Assembly: GCF_000803625.1 (NCBI RefSeq) | Contig: NZ_CP007496.1 | Coordinates: 270,001-302,000, forward strand | DNA length: 32,000 bases | Reading direction: 5' to 3' | Origin: Candidatus Nanosynbacter lyticus | Lineage (GTDB): Bacteria > Patescibacteriota > Saccharimonadia > Saccharimonadales > Saccharimonadaceae | Shown here: piece by piece, positions 24,698 to 32,000 of the stretch | Layout: each line of letters starts with the position of its first letter | How positions within the stretch are numbered: the stretch's first letter is position 1 | Position numbers and translations under genes: made by a program | The notes under the pieces: model-generated | The model's database searches: none | Seen by the model: only the letters and a program-made list of their open reading frames with translations | Told to the model about the DNA's origin: nothing

Positions 24698-25447
24698 ATG
24701 TCCGGTAATAAAAAAATTGTTGAGATTCGTCATTTTAAGATGAAGTTTGGCGATAAAACAGTTATTAAAGATTTGAGCTTTGATGTTTTTCAGGGTGAAG
24801 TGTTTGGTTTTCTCGGTAGTAATGGCTCAGGAAAAACCACGACTCTTCGAGCTTTGTTGGGACTATATGAGCCAGCGGCTGGTGACCTACTAATTAATGG
24901 CAAGCCGTATGCCGTGGAGAATCAGCTGAGCCTCGGTTACCTACCAGAAGAGCGCGGGCTGTATAAAAAGGAAAAAGTGCTGGACGTGATGATTTATTTT
25001 GGTCAATTGAAAGGTCTAAATCGTAATGAAGCTAAAAAATTCTCTTTGAAATTTTTAGAGCGCGTTGGCTTAAGCGACAAAGCAAATATGCGATTAGATA
25101 AATTATCAGGTGGGCAACAGCAAAAAATTCAGCTGGGTGTAACAATTATGGGCGACCCAGAATTGCTGATTATGGATGAGCCGACCAAGGGTTTTGACCC
25201 GGTGAATCGTCGGTTGCTGATGAATATCATTGAAGAGCAGCGAAAAGCTGGCACGACGATTATTTACGTCACGCATCAAATGGAAGAGGTTGAGCAATTG
25301 TGTGATCGACTGATTTTATTAAAGGAAGGTCAAGCAGCGGCGTACGGCACGCTGGCAGAGGTGAAAAAGCAGTTCGGTGGTGCTTCAATGGACGATATTT
25401 TTGTCAAAGTGTATGGCGGCGAAGATAAGGAGTTAGGTGATGAGTAG
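24698..25447 (+). CDS. ABC transporter ATP-binding protein (ABC-2/NatA-like)
   Basis: Walker A GSNGSGKTT, Q-loop, signature LSGGQQQK, Walker B LLIMDEPT and H-loop YVTHQ. Confidence 0.92.
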   Translation: MSGNKKIVEIRHFKMKFGDKTVIKDLSFDVFQGEVFGFLGSNGSGKTTTLRALLGLYEPAAGDLLINGKPYAVENQLSLGYLPEERGLYKKEKVLDVMIYFGQLKGLNRNEAKKFSLKFLERVGLSDKANMRLDKLSGGQQQKIQLGVTIMGDPELLIMDEPTKGFDPVNRRLLMNIIEEQRKAGTTIIYVTHQMEEVEQLCDRLILLKEGQAAAYGTLAEVKKQFGGASMDDIFVKVYGGEDKELGDE

Positions 25448-26672
25448 AATGCATAATTTAGGTACAGTCTTCAAATTTGAGACGATCCGAGCTTTGAAAA
25501 AGCCAACTTTTTGGCTGATGGCATTGGGTTTCCCTCTGATGATAGCGGTGCTTTACGGCATCATGTTTTGGTCACAGAGTACGACAATTCAGGCATCAAA
25601 AGAATTGGACAAGCAAGAATTCTCATTAGAAATTACCGACGATTCAAAGTTAATATCTTCAGAGCTACTCGCAGCAGTTAAGGCTAAGCCAGCTCAATCA
25701 AAAGAATCTGGCATTAATGACGTAAAAAATAACAAAGTAGATGCTTATATTTATTTTCCAAAAGACATAAGCCAGCAAAAAGTTGAAGTTTACGGTAAAG
25801 ATGTCGGTCTGTTCCAGAACGGTAAATATGGCGCAGTGGCGCAGAGCCTGCTGAGTAAATCGGTAACTAATAACATTAGTCCAGCAGAAGTCACTATTCT
25901 TCAAAACAAAGTCCAATTATCGTCAACTACTTATCTTGATGGTAAGGAGCATGGCGGCATTAATGAAATGATAGCGCCAGGACTATTTCTAGTGATTTTG
26001 TTCATGCTGATTAGCTTCTTTGGCAATCAAATGCTAACCAGTACTACTGAAGAAAAAGAAAATCGCACAGTAGAGATGTTGCTGACGACGGTTAAAACTG
26101 ACACATTAATTACAGGAAAAATATTATCACTGATGGTGCTGGCCTTGATTCAGATATCGATAGTTGTTTTGCCTGTCGTGGCGGGATACCTGGCGTTTGG
26201 GTCAAAGCTACAATTGCCGAATATGGATTTGAGCGTACTTGTATTTGATCCTGTGAGGATTAGCTTGGCGATAGTAATTTTCTCAGCCAGCTTCATGCTG
26301 TTTACGGGCATGCTGGTGACTTTGGGCGCAATGATGCCGACCGCTAAGGAAGCGAGCCAATGGTTTGGCTTGGTGATGATGTTATTTGTTGGACCACTTT
26401 ATGGCATTACAGTTTTTGTGTCGTTCCCTGACTCGTTCTTTGTTAAGTTCCTATCGCTATTTCCGTTTACTGCGCCAATTCCGTTATTGTTAAGAAATGC
26501 AGTCGGCAATTTGCCAGTCTGGGAAGCATTGCTGGGCGCGACAATTTTGGTCGTTACGGCAGTGTTTGTCATGTGGCTATCGGTGCGCGTTTTCCGCTAC
26601 GGTGCTATGTCGTATGATAATAAACTATCCCTATCAACATTGCGGATGAAAAGGAAAGCTGGTAAGGTTTAA
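25440..26672 (+). CDS. ABC-2 type transporter permease (NatB-like)
   Basis: One N-terminal TM helix, a large extracytoplasmic loop, then 5 C-terminal TM helices. ATG 25440 is favoured because AAGGAG (25427-25432) lies 7 nt upstream; the track start 25437 is GTG. Confidence 0.8.
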   Translation: MSRMHNLGTVFKFETIRALKKPTFWLMALGFPLMIAVLYGIMFWSQSTTIQASKELDKQEFSLEITDDSKLISSELLAAVKAKPAQSKESGINDVKNNKVDAYIYFPKDISQQKVEVYGKDVGLFQNGKYGAVAQSLLSKSVTNNISPAEVTILQNKVQLSSTTYLDGKEHGGINEMIAPGLFLVILFMLISFFGNQMLTSTTEEKENRTVEMLLTTVKTDTLITGKILSLMVLALIQISIVVLPVVAGYLAFGSKLQLPNMDLSVLVFDPVRISLAIVIFSASFMLFTGMLVTLGAMMPTAKEASQWFGLVMMLFVGPLYGITVFVSFPDSFFVKFLSLFPFTAPIPLLLRNAVGNLPVWEALLGATILVVTAVFVMWLSVRVFRYGAMSYDNKLSLSTLRMKRKAGKV

Positions 26673-26674
26673 AT

Positions 26675-27808
26675 ATGAAAGTACGTATTGAAATAGACAC
26701 AAAAACGTTCGTGCGGTTTTGGCTAGTAGTAATGGGTTTTGGCCTGGCTGGCCTAGCAATTTACTCCGCAAAGGATGCGCTTATCTTGTTGGGGATTTCC
26801 TTATTCTTAGCGCTAGCCTTGAATCGACCAGTAGCAGCTATTGCTAAAAAACTACCAGGTAAAAGTCGATTGGGCGGCACAGCGCTGGCTTATACGACGT
26901 TAGTCCTTTTATTGGGCTGTGTGGCGTGGTTTGTGGTGCCGCCAATCGTCCAGCAATCCGCCAAATTTGTTGAAAGTGTACCGAGCTTGATTGACCAAAC
27001 TGGCTCACAGTGGCATGGATTTAATGAGTTAATTGATAAAAACGGTTTACGTCCGCAGGTTGACGCGACGTTAAATAACCTGAAGCAACAGGCTTCGTCT
27101 TGGGCTGCTAGTGCTGGTACTAGCTTGATCTCAAGCGTAGGTTCATTGGCAGCATTTCTGGGGTCATTATTCTTGGTGCTAGTCCTGTCATTCTTGATGC
27201 TACTGGAGGGACCGATGTGGATGAAACGGCTATGGGGTCTTTATAACGACCAGGAAAAAATGGAGCGACATAAAAGACTGGTTGGGCGCATGTATAACGT
27301 AGTCACGGGATATGTCTCTGGCCAATTAACAGTTTCTGGAATTGATGCGATACTGTCGGGATTTGTGGTGTTCGTGCTCAGTCTGGCATTTCCGGCTATT
27401 GATTCAAACTTGGCGATGTTGACCGTCATGGTTACCTTCGTGTTGACGCTTATCCCAATGTTTGGCGCAACATTGGCTGGGTTGCTAATTGCGCTACTGC
27501 TGTTCTTCAACAACGTCACTGCTGGTGTGATCTATGCCATATATTTCATCGTCTATCAGCAGATTGAGAACAATTTCATCGCACCGTCAATTCAGTCAAA
27601 GAAATTAGAACTATCGGCGCTGATGGTGTTGTCGTCAGTGACAATCGGTCTCTATGTTGGCGGGCTTTTGGGAAGCTTGATTGCCATTCCGACGGCTGGC
27701 GTAGTTAGGGTGTTGCTGGAGAATTATTTGGAACAGGCTCGACTAAATCGTATTGAGAGTGAAAAACCGCTGAATAAATTAATGAAGAAATTGAAAAACG
27801 AAAGTTAA
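26675..27808 (+). CDS. AI-2E family transporter (PerM/YhhT-like permease)
   Basis: About 8 TM helices, with IPMFGA...Y...QQIENNFIAP, a pattern typical of the AI-2E/UPF0118 family. Confidence 0.85.
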   Translation: MKVRIEIDTKTFVRFWLVVMGFGLAGLAIYSAKDALILLGISLFLALALNRPVAAIAKKLPGKSRLGGTALAYTTLVLLLGCVAWFVVPPIVQQSAKFVESVPSLIDQTGSQWHGFNELIDKNGLRPQVDATLNNLKQQASSWAASAGTSLISSVGSLAAFLGSLFLVLVLSFLMLLEGPMWMKRLWGLYNDQEKMERHKRLVGRMYNVVTGYVSGQLTVSGIDAILSGFVVFVLSLAFPAIDSNLAMLTVMVTFVLTLIPMFGATLAGLLIALLLFFNNVTAGVIYAIYFIVYQQIENNFIAPSIQSKKLELSALMVLSSVTIGLYVGGLLGSLIAIPTAGVVRVLLENYLEQARLNRIESEKPLNKLMKKLKNES

Positions 27809-27827
27809 TTAAATCCAGAATGAAAGT

Positions 27828-27853
27828 ATAGCCCGTTGGATTCAGCGGGCTAT
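27828..27853. terminator. Hairpin between convergent AI-2E and cysS genes
   Basis: 8-bp stem ATAGCCCG/CGGGCTAT with a 10-nt loop, overlapping the cysS stop codon. There is no clear U-tract on either strand. Confidence 0.4.
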
Positions 27854-29283
27854 TTCCATGCCCAAATGCTGCCGCTTGGCGTATCGCGAATGGTGATGTC
27901 AGCGACCAACAGCTCGTCGCGAATGCGGTCAGACTCTTGCCAATCTTTTTCAGCACGGGCGTTGCGGCGTTGGATGATCAGTCTCTTCAAGTCGTCGGTA
28001 ATATCAGGGGTCGATTCCGCCAAGTCTAGGCCCAAAACCTCGTCAATAATCTCAATCAATTGCGACAAACCACCGCGATGGATTTTTTCTAACGGCGCGT
28101 GATCTAGTAGTGAAAACGCCTCATCAATCAGCGCCAACGCCCCTGGCGTATCCAAGTTATCATTCAACTTTTCAACCAGCGCCTGCCGCGCCGCCAGCAG
28201 CGACACCGTACCCTCCTGCTCATCTTTCTCGTCATCATCATCCAGCGTGTCGTGCGTCTGGTGTCGCAGAGCCGCATAGCCGCGCCAATGATCCAACCGC
28301 GCCTGGGCTGCTTCCAAAATCTCCCAGGTAAAATTCCCCTCGGTTTGGTAATGCTTGCTGAGGATTGCCAGCTTAAAGGCCATCGGACTGAATCCGCGCG
28401 CCGTGATGTCGCTGAGGGTGATGATATTACCCAGCGACTTACTCATCTTTCGGCCGTCGACCTTGATGTGGTTATTGTGCAGCCAAATTTGAGAAAATTG
28501 TTTTCCAGTCAGGCTCTCGCTTTGGGCAATCTCGTTGGTGTGATGTACTGGAATGTGGTCAATGCCGCCGGTGTGAATGTCTATTTGGTCGCCCAAAGTT
28601 TCACGAGCAATTGTACTACACTCCAAATGCCAGCCCGGAAAGCCAACGCCCCACGGGCTGTCCCATTCCATGTCGCGCTTGGTGTTGGTCGGTGAAAATT
28701 TCCAGACGGCGAAGTCGGTGATGTTGCGCTTACCTGCCACGCTGACTCGCGCGCCCGCTTCTAGGCCCGCCACGTCTAGCCGCGCTAATTTACCATAATC
28801 TGCTAGCCGCGACGTATCAAAATACATGCCATCGCCATCAATCTTGTATAACAATCCCTTCTCGTCTAGTCCGCGGGCAAAGTCGATTTGCTGCTGGATG
28901 TAGTCCGTTGCCCGCACCAAATGGTCGGGCTGCACTAATTTCAACACCTCGTAGGCTTCGTGCTCGGCGATGGCGATGTACTGCTTGGCCACGTCCCAAG
29001 CGGTTTTACCCTCGCGGCGCGCCCCCTTCTCCATCTTATCCTCACCACCATCATCATCGCTAGTCAAATGCCCAACGTCGGTGATATTTTGCGTGCGAAT
29101 CACTGGAATATCTTGCCAGCGCAGTAACCGCACCAATACATCCCAATAGATATAGCCGACCCAGTTGCCAATGTGCGGCTGCGAATACACAGTCAGCCCG
29201 CAGGTGTACATGCGAACCGTCTGCCTGTCGAGCGGCATCAGTTTGTCTTTGTGGCGAGTAAGAGTGTTGTAGAGCTGTATCAT
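27850..29283 (-). CDS. cysS: Cysteine--tRNA ligase
   Basis: N-terminus MIQLYNTLTRHKDKLMPL...MYTCGLTVYSQPHIGN (HIGH-type motif, here HIGN) and the KMSKS motif RKMSKSLGN. I place the start at ATG 29283; the track N-terminal extension overlaps the promoter TTGAAA-17-TACAAT. Confidence 0.93.
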   Translation of the reverse strand: MIQLYNTLTRHKDKLMPLDRQTVRMYTCGLTVYSQPHIGNWVGYIYWDVLVRLLRWQDIPVIRTQNITDVGHLTSDDDGGEDKMEKGARREGKTAWDVAKQYIAIAEHEAYEVLKLVQPDHLVRATDYIQQQIDFARGLDEKGLLYKIDGDGMYFDTSRLADYGKLARLDVAGLEAGARVSVAGKRNITDFAVWKFSPTNTKRDMEWDSPWGVGFPGWHLECSTIARETLGDQIDIHTGGIDHIPVHHTNEIAQSESLTGKQFSQIWLHNNHIKVDGRKMSKSLGNIITLSDITARGFSPMAFKLAILSKHYQTEGNFTWEILEAAQARLDHWRGYAALRHQTHDTLDDDDEKDEQEGTVSLLAARQALVEKLNDNLDTPGALALIDEAFSLLDHAPLEKIHRGGLSQLIEIIDEVLGLDLAESTPDITDDLKRLIIQRRNARAEKDWQESDRIRDELLVADITIRDTPSGSIWAWK

Positions 29284-29290
29284 CAACTCT

Positions 29291-29319
29291 ATTGTACGGT
29301 ACGCGGGTTGGTTTTTCAA
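29291..29319 (-). promoter_or_regulatory. Putative cysS promoter (leaderless configuration)
   Basis: TTGAAA (29319-29314), 17-nt spacer, TACAAT (29296-29291), then 7 nt to ATG 29283. Confidence 0.5.
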
Positions 29320-29437
29320 AATTGATATAAAAATAACCCCGGATGGGTCTTGATAACAATTTCAGGGAATAGCGACAAGCAGCCTTTATAAAAAAGAACA
29401 ACTTGCCGCTATTGCATGCCGAGTAGGACTCGGATTA

Positions 29438-29971
29438 TCAGTCTTCGGCTCCCTGCTTACACATCAGCATATGATAGAAGTGCTCGAGGTACTGGTTGTG
29501 AAGTGCCACTGTAACCTCTTCAAGCACAAACTCGTAAGCTAAGGCCATGAAGAGAGCGAGCCGAAGGCATACAATGCCGCCGATGCCTTTGTTAGCTACA
29601 TTTTCTAAGACGGGTATCTCAATACGATCCCGCAAAATGCGCTTAACATAGGCTGACGTGATGGATAGGTCGTTTGAGTTTGTACTTTCAATCTCTGGAC
29701 ATCCTCCTCCGATCTGTCGATATGCGGCCATAGTAAAGATTGCACATTCGAATTCATCCAGCGCACTAGACAAGTCGTGCTTGTCGGCGGGTCCGAACGC
29801 TCTACCGTAAGATTCGACTAATTGTTCAGTAGCCTTGTCTATAGATTCAAGCATTCCCCAGTATTCCTCGTTAACGAAGATCGTCGTTAGGGTCTTAGTG
29901 GGGGATTTTGAAAGAGCGTTGGTCAGGACGTATCCTTGACACTCCCCTGTAGAAGGGTTGATGAGCTTCAC
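29438..29971 (-). CDS. Hypothetical protein (177 aa)
   Basis: GTG start with the strong SD GAGAGGAAAGG upstream. No recognisable domain. It is flanked by long non-coding segments on both sides. Confidence 0.6.
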   Translation of the reverse strand: MKLINPSTGECQGYVLTNALSKSPTKTLTTIFVNEEYWGMLESIDKATEQLVESYGRAFGPADKHDLSSALDEFECAIFTMAAYRQIGGGCPEIESTNSNDLSITSAYVKRILRDRIEIPVLENVANKGIGGIVCLRLALFMALAYEFVLEEVTVALHNQYLEHFYHMLMCKQGAED

Positions 29972-30154
29972 GGTCTTGCCTTTCCTCTCATCCCCACGTG
30001 AATGTGGCTAAGTGTTGTTCTTTAATACAGGACGAGATTCCATTCCTCTTTCTATTTTCTCCTCAAAAAAAGGAATAAAACCTCATCCTGTGCTAGGCTG
30101 CTTGTCAAAGTACGCTTTCGGACAAGGATTTACTCAACTAGTCAACAAAAGCTG

Positions 30155-30166
30155 ATATATATATAT
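30155..30166. repeat. (AT)6 dinucleotide repeat
   Basis: The sequence gATATATATATATc overlaps the -10 region of the putative promoter of the 177-aa gene. Confidence 0.9.
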
Positions 30167-30188
30167 CACTAATAGAATAAAATGTCAA
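30160..30188 (-). promoter_or_regulatory. Putative promoter of the 177-aa orphan gene
   Basis: TTGACA (30188-30183), 17-nt spacer, then TGa-TATATA (30165-30160). This implies a 5' UTR of about 180 nt. Confidence 0.45.
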
Positions 30189-30269
30189 GCGATTTTGTCA
30201 AAAATGTGGTGTAATATTTTTATCAACTCTGTTGCGATCTTGGTGTGTTATATAGTAATTGTAAAAGCT

Positions 30270-31256
30270 TTAACTCTGCTCTGCTTCTTTCAAGGCCTTA
30301 TCCGTCGCCGTTACCAATTCCCGCACAACCTCGTCATAATTCTCGTATACACGGAATCCTGACGCATATGGATGACCGCCACCACCGAAGTAGCCAGCGA
30401 CCGTGTCGGCGATTGGGAGGTTGCCGCGTAGGCGGGCGGTCAGTTTGCCGTCGGGATAGGTTTTGATGACACAGCTGAGCGCCACGCCTTCGACTAGTCG
30501 TAGTTCATCACCAATCAACGCGCCGGGGTTATAGGCGTCGCTGTAGGCTTGAATTTCCTCAAATGGCACGTGTACCAGCGCCAATTGTCCGTCCAGTAAA
30601 TATTCGATGCGCTCAATCAATTTACCTTTGTACGCCAAAATTTCCGGCGATTTCTTCATAAATTCGCGCCGTCGCTCTTCGATTTCGGCATTGGAGGCGC
30701 CAAGCTCGGTCAATTCACCAGCGACGTGAAAGGTCGCCGCGGTGGTATTTGGCGTAGTTAAGCCAAGGCTGTCAGACATAATGGCGATTAGCAAATTCTC
30801 CGCCGCTTGCCGGTTGATAGTCCAACCAGCGTGGGTGAACAATTGGTACAATAATTCCCCGGTGGCCACCACCGTATCAGATAGTATGGTGTGCTCAAAA
30901 CTCAGCGTTGACTCGGCGGTATGGTGGTCAATAACCAGTACCGGATGTGTTTCCAGAAAATGTCTTACTCCAGGTGTTTCTAGTACCTTGCTAAGCAATA
31001 CGTCGGCGCTAGTGTCGACAATAATAGCGGCGTCGGCCTGTGTTGGAAAATCACCAACTACCCTATCCCAGCCGCGTATGTAACGTAGGTATTTGGGGGT
31101 GTCGACCGGACAATATAATGTGACGGACTTTCCCAGGTCGCTCAGCACTTCTTCCAGTGCCAAGCTAGAACCCAGACTGTCGCCGTCAGGGTTTTCAGCT
31201 TGTATAATAACTATATTATTTGCAGATTGGATAAATTGTTTAGCTGTATCGAGCAT
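30270..31256 (-). CDS. DHH/DHHA1 family phosphoesterase (NrnA-like oligoribonuclease/pAp phosphatase)
   Basis: Motifs DGDSLGS, IVDTS, VIDHH and the DHHA1 motif GGGGHPYASG. TGT-TATAAT lies 6 nt upstream of the ATG. Confidence 0.85.
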   Translation of the reverse strand: MLDTAKQFIQSANNIVIIQAENPDGDSLGSSLALEEVLSDLGKSVTLYCPVDTPKYLRYIRGWDRVVGDFPTQADAAIIVDTSADVLLSKVLETPGVRHFLETHPVLVIDHHTAESTLSFEHTILSDTVVATGELLYQLFTHAGWTINRQAAENLLIAIMSDSLGLTTPNTTAATFHVAGELTELGASNAEIEERRREFMKKSPEILAYKGKLIERIEYLLDGQLALVHVPFEEIQAYSDAYNPGALIGDELRLVEGVALSCVIKTYPDGKLTARLRGNLPIADTVAGYFGGGGHPYASGFRVYENYDEVVRELVTATDKALKEAEQS

Positions 31257-31375
31257 ATATTTATTATAACAAATAGTTTTTATGTCTTTGGTGAGGATTT
31301 TAGGGGCTTAATTTATAGCTATATAGAGACGTTTAACAGATACACTAAAAACGTAAACATTTTTATAAATTATTA

Positions 31376-31404
31376 TTGACAAAATATAAAAATTGTGCTA
31401 GTAT
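31376..31404 (+). promoter_or_regulatory. Near-consensus promoter of the terminal secreted-protein gene
   Basis: TTGACA (31376-31381), 17-nt spacer, then TGc-TAGTAT (31399-31404). The SD AAAGAGGAG lies at 31434-31442. Confidence 0.6.
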
Positions 31405-31447
31405 GGGAACATAAAGCCCGAATATTGGGCTGGAAAGAGGAGTTTTT

Positions 31448-32000
31448 ATGAACAAATTTAAGAAAATCGGCATCGCTATTTCTCTGGGAATCGCTTTGTT
31501 CGGTGGAATTTGGCTAGCATCGCCTTCACAGGCTGCCGGCTGTAACAAATTTAATGTCGTTTACTGCGGCACCAATTCTATGTCAGAATTGCAATCGGCA
31601 TATAGCCGTTCGGAGATTAAATCTCTATATAGCCAATGGTATATTACTGAAACCATGATTCAGGGTGGCTCAAACATGCGTGAAGGTGTGGTTGATGCAA
31701 GCGGTAATATTACAGTTGACGGTCGAGTTGTGGCTACAAACGCCGTAACCGTACAGTCTAAGGCTGGTACTCGTCAGCCTACCCCACAGCGTACATATAG
31801 CGCGGCTGGTTATACTTACTACCAGTACACAACTGGCCAGAGCTTTGTGGATGGCCCTAAGAGCTACCGAATCTATGCATGGTTTGATGACAATGGTAAG
31901 TTCATCACCGGTGTTATTAAGGATTGTGGTAACCCAGTTTGGGGTCCACCAACAACACCTCCAGCAAAGCCAGCGCTAACATGTGACGTCCTGCAAGTAG
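31448..32000 (+). CDS. Secreted or surface hypothetical protein (3' end beyond window)
   Basis: The ORF is open from ATG 31448 to the window edge and is absent from the track because it has no stop. The signal peptide is MNKFKKIGIAISLGIALFGGIWLASPSQAAGC. A Pro/Thr linker (PPTTPPAKP) lies near the window end. Confidence 0.65.
   Translation, partial: MNKFKKIGIAISLGIALFGGIWLASPSQAAGCNKFNVVYCGTNSMSELQSAYSRSEIKSLYSQWYITETMIQGGSNMREGVVDASGNITVDGRVVATNAVTVQSKAGTRQPTPQRTYSAAGYTYYQYTTGQSFVDGPKSYRIYAWFDDNGKFITGVIKDCGNPVWGPPTTPPAKPALTCDVLQV

Noticed and set aside
29284-29437. A T-box riboswitch upstream of cysS.
   Set aside because: There is no T-box sequence (…GGUGGUACCGCG-like), no specifier loop or AGAGA motif, and a promoter lies 7 nt from the start codon.
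30155-30166. The (AT)6 repeat as a slipped-strand phase-variation switch for the 177-aa gene.
   Set aside because: The repeat starts at the -10 hexamer and extends downstream. Unit gain or loss would not change the -35/-10 spacing or destroy the TATATA box. Six units is also short for efficient slippage.

Overview
This 32-kb chromosomal window comes from a small-genome, Gram-positive-like bacterium. Gene content and a reduced ATP synthase fit Saccharibacteria/Patescibacteria, but that placement is inference only. Most of the window is housekeeping: the 3' half of an ABC-F ATPase, a glutaredoxin-like gene, a complete F1Fo ATP synthase operon (AtpZ-like, atpBEFHAGDC) and a Dus-family tRNA-dihydrouridine synthase. 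It also holds a 1099-aa UvrD-type helicase fused to a PD-(D/E)XK nuclease, two different P-type ATPases, an RlmD/RumA-type RNA methyltransferase, tRNA-Gln(UUG), a GNAT and a GreA-like factor. The rest is an OmpR/HisKA two-component pair divergent from an ABC-2 exporter plus an AI-2E permease, then cysS and a DHH/DHHA1 phosphoesterase. I saw no CRISPR array, transposase, integrase or phage genes. The most unusual locus lies on the minus strand at about 10.05-10.70 kb. A promoter and a zinc-ribbon micro-ORF are followed by a self-contained tRNA-like element with acceptor stem, T arm and encoded CCA but no anticodon arm (tmRNA-TLD-like, yet with A3:U70). About 210 nt of densely paired RNA and a clean intrinsic terminator follow. 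I could not assign this RNA to any class. Other points worth a second look: at least ten genes have a -10 box (often TGn-extended) 6-9 nt from the ATG and no Shine-Dalgarno, implying leaderless mRNAs and correcting several ORF-track starts. A consensus promoter fires antisense into the 3' end of a P-type ATPase gene, with a 57-aa leaderless ORF below the track cutoff. A visibly GC-rich cassette encodes a small secreted Cys/Trp-rich protein. An unknown 162-aa protein is translationally coupled to a P-type ATPase. There are also two orphan genes and lineage-specific insertions or truncations in conserved proteins. RNA and promoter coordinates were read by eye and may be off by 1-2 nt.
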